A stretch of DNA of 64,000 nt. Origin: Bugula neritina (lineage: Eukaryota > Animalia > Bryozoa). The number at the start of each line of letters is the position of its first letter. Positions within the stretch are counted from its first letter, which is position 1. The notes beneath the pieces were generated by a model. The model was not told the origin of the DNA. It made no database searches and saw only the letters and a list, made by a program, of their open reading frames with translations. Shown one piece after another: positions 60,801 through 64,000 of this stretch. The stretch covers positions 29,280,628 to 29,344,627 of the forward strand of contig OZ037767.1 in NCBI GenBank assembly GCA_964035545.1, in the 5' to 3' direction. The translations under genes were made by a program, and so were the position numbers.

Positions 60801-63642
60801 ATGCAGTTCATATATTTATATCAGAGCTCAAATTTCTGTTGTAATTCTTCCTTCCCAGAACTAAGAACACACAGGAAGATATCGGAATTTTCTAGAAGCC
60901 TTTCAGACATGTTAGCTAGAGACCACACTGACAGTTCTTCCTACTCAATATTTGCTTTACTTAATTTGTAATTATTGAAAACACCCAAGCAGTCATAATT
61001 ACAGATGATGGCATAGAAATAATTAATTAGTATTTAAATGCAGTCTAACTTGTAGTAAAATAAATATACATTTTAATAGCACTAACACTAATTCCTCAAT
61101 AGGAACTTAGATTTAAAATTTGAGGAAAACATTTAATTGGAAAAACATATAGACTTTAAATATAGTATATATTGAGTTTACAAATTCTTAGTCTCAAATT
61201 CAGCATCTTTTACATTTTTCTGTCATTCATTAGCACAAGAGAAAACTACTTTAAAAACACAACTTTTGCTAAAAACAAAAGAATCATCTTAAAAAAGTTG
61301 AAAAAGAAAGGTTTGGAAAAACACACAGCTGATAATTCCACTGCTGCCAATATTGGTTGCATGAAGAAAGTCAGCAGTAGTTAAAGTATGATGGCTTTAT
61401 AATGACATCAGTTTAAGAAAATATAACACACCATGTAGCAAGTAAAAGAAACGATAGGGAACAATTGTGTGTTTTAAAGTAAAAATCATGAACTTTCAGA
61501 ACTGCCTTTGTAGATACTTTGAATATGATTCATTCTGAAGTTTATTGGCAGAAAAATAGTTTTTTTTTCTACATTTTCATTTCAAGTAAACTGTTGGCAT
61601 GTATAAAATTTATTTAAGTAATGACATTTTCTTTTCATTAAAATAAATTATTATAAGCGTGAACTATGTACAATATTGCACAAAGTATGTGTTATTTAAA
61701 TCTAGCACATGGTTTGGGAAGGTTTTAAAGAAGTTTATGATGGTCTAAAGGAGTAACTTAGCGGGAGAGTTTTGATATCGCAATGAAAATTTTAAATAGC
61801 ATACACATTTAGGCTACATCCAAACTAAATGAGCCCATAATAAACATATTAGACAGCCTGTTCTACATGAACATCATTTATTTTCTATACATATTTAGAA
61901 TATTCAAATTTATGCAAACAATTCATAGGTTTTTGAAACAAAATGCAAGATTTATCCACAAACTCAAAAATTCAGATAACACATCTGTCATCCGAGAAGA
62001 AAAGGAATTTTATAAGACACCATACCTGTTACAATTAAACTGCTGAGGTAACACTTTATTGGTGGGTTTTTGAATTGAAACAGGTGAATATATTCACATA
62101 AATTAGAATTCTACCAAAACTACATGTCAAATTCCACCAACTTGAGAAAAAATCTTATTCAGTTTGGCCACACACATTGATTTAAGCCAGTTGGTTTGGT
62201 TAGCAGGTGAAGAGTATGACTGAAAAAGATGATGGATGGTGACAGGTAATTATCATTGTCAATTTGAATGGTAATATACACTTATTAGACACAGCCGAGA
62301 AAAAACCTTGCGACTAATACAGAAATAAGGGAGGAGTAGATAGGCACATGAGTCCCTTGGTGAGAGCAATTTTAGCAATAATGAACAGTTTGGTCAGCTA
62401 AAAGGTTAATCGCGAGGTTCATTTCCTGTTGAAAGTCGGGCAAGGTCTGCAGCAGCAGTTCATTAGCTACACGGGACTCATTTTCTTGGTCAGCAAAGTT
62501 GATGAAATGAGACAAGAAAGAAAAAGCAGCAAAACTAACTTAACAGGAAAAATATGCCATACTCTGGGTTGATAGAGACTCTTGGAGATGATAAGTGGCA
62601 ATTCTAATTAATTTCTATAACTCTGATGGTAATAAATTCTTAGTTTAGTAACCGTCAGCTAATGCCCTAAACCAGGGGTGTCCATTCGAGGGCCACATTC
62701 TAAAACTTAGCTTGAGCTGAGGGCCACATCATCAGTTTTTAAATTAATTTATTCCAAATTCCTATGAATCATTACATAATAAAGTCACAATAATTACTGC
62801 AGGCTGCATGTTTTGTAGCATATATAAAAATAAATATTTTAAAAGTTGTTTTTTTATTTTAATTCATATATGTGTAAAATAATTCTGTTTATTATGCCTT
62901 TGAGGGCCACATAAATGTAGGCTGGGGTCACCTGTTGGACAGCTCTGGCCTAGACTATAGAGACACCATGTAAATTATAATAATTATAACTCCAATTTTT
63001 CAAATAACAATATCCACGACAAATGGATAAAATTGCCTACAAGTTGGTGATGTTAGAAGTATAATTTTATCTGTTGTGAAAAGTAGCACCTAATTTGCAA
63101 TTTTTTCATTAAAAAACACAAAGATAAAAGTACTAAAACCTCAAATTTTGTCTTCGTAAAGCCTATTTGCATTTTTCGCCATAGAATAAATTATTTGAAG
63201 TAGATTTTTCAACAAATATATTAATATTACAGAAATTGCAATAATTAAATAAAATATTTAATTTGATATAAATGCAAATTATCTGTTATATTTATATCAC
63301 AATAATGACATTGACTAGCTATCAAACTGTTGCGTGTTTTATCATAAAAATACTTCAGTTGACTAAACGTAACCTAGTATTTAAGAACTATTATACTCAT
63401 AAGTTATAGCTATACAATGCATGGGCGTGCTCCCATGTTAGCCCTAAAATGAGCTCACAATGATGTAAATATTTAATGGTTTAGAGTTTGAATAAAGCAA
63501 GAGTATTTCTAACACAGACCCAGAACACGCTAGAGCTCCATCATTCTGAAATGTCAGACAGTAAACCTCCTTACTGTGTCCCTCCTGGTGGATTATCTCC
63601 TCCTGGGCCTCCAGATCCCAGAACCTCCACGACTTGTCAAAA
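57838..63642 (-). CDS. PRPF4: U4/U6 snRNP protein Prp4 (WD40), last four exons 63642-63520, 60749-60642, 60330-60212, 58040-57838; the 5' part lies beyond the right edge
   Basis: [56 protein letters not shown] and HEGKIM..DIS...[13 protein letters not shown] are nearly identical to PRPF4. Confidence 0.96.
62673..62947. mobile_element. hAT-type (Charlie/Buster-like) non-autonomous element
   Basis: TIRs CAGGGGTGTCCA / TGGACAGCTCTG (10/12 match); subterminal GAGGGCCACA repeats; degenerate 8-bp TSD CCCTAAAC/GCCTAGAC. Confidence 0.65.
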
Positions 63643-63668
63643 CTAGAACCCACAATGCAAAGAATAAG

Positions 63669-63915
63669 CCACACTTTATATCGGTATACTTATATGCTAT
63701 GCCACACTCTATGTTGCTATAATATTTATATGCTAAACCACACTCTATGTTAGTATAATATTTATATGCTATACCACACTCTATGTTGCTATAATATTTA
63801 TATGCTAAACCACACTCTATGTTGCTATAATATTTATATGCCATACCACACTCTATGTTGCTATAATATTTATATGCTAAACCGCACTCTATGTTGCAAT
63901 GATATTTATATGCTA
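63669..63915. repeat. 36-bp minisatellite, about 7 copies, next to a PRPF4 acceptor
   Basis: CACACTCTATGTTGCTATAATATTTATATGCTAAAC units with alternating variants. Confidence 0.9.
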
Positions 63916-64000
63916 CAATATAGCCTATATTTGTATAACAATGGATGAAATTAATGTAATTATAATATTATTTACTCAGTCAAACTATGCAAATTCTTAT

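Overview
AT-rich, intron-containing animal genomic DNA, most likely from an invertebrate (a lophotrochozoan is plausible, but the taxon cannot be fixed from the sequence). I assembled gene models by hand from GT-AG junctions and codon phase. From left to right: the 5' part of TELO2 (-); a 3-exon apolipoprotein-L-like gene (-) whose first intron holds a near-intact antisense CR1/L2-group LINE (PHD-finger ORF1, APE-RT ORF2 broken by one stop codon); TMEM50 (+); a p24/TMED gene (+); an 8-exon gene (-) for a long low-complexity protein ending in an SVBP/CCDC23-like helix; a solo LTR; a 13-exon ankyrin-repeat/SOCS-box gene (+); a nuclear receptor lacking a DNA-binding domain (NR0B/DAX1-SHP-like, +); and the 3' part of PRPF4 (-). 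The most notable observations are: (1) the NR0B-like receptor has CtBP-type motifs, and a cluster of TCAAGGTCA sites plus a perfect ERE lies upstream of it, mostly in the neighbouring gene's intron; (2) the long SVBP-like protein; (3) the possibly myristoylated APOL-like protein; (4) long hexamer-phased cryptic repeat tracts at gene 5' ends; (5) recurrent tandem duplications of splice acceptors. All family assignments come from recalled motifs, not from database searches.
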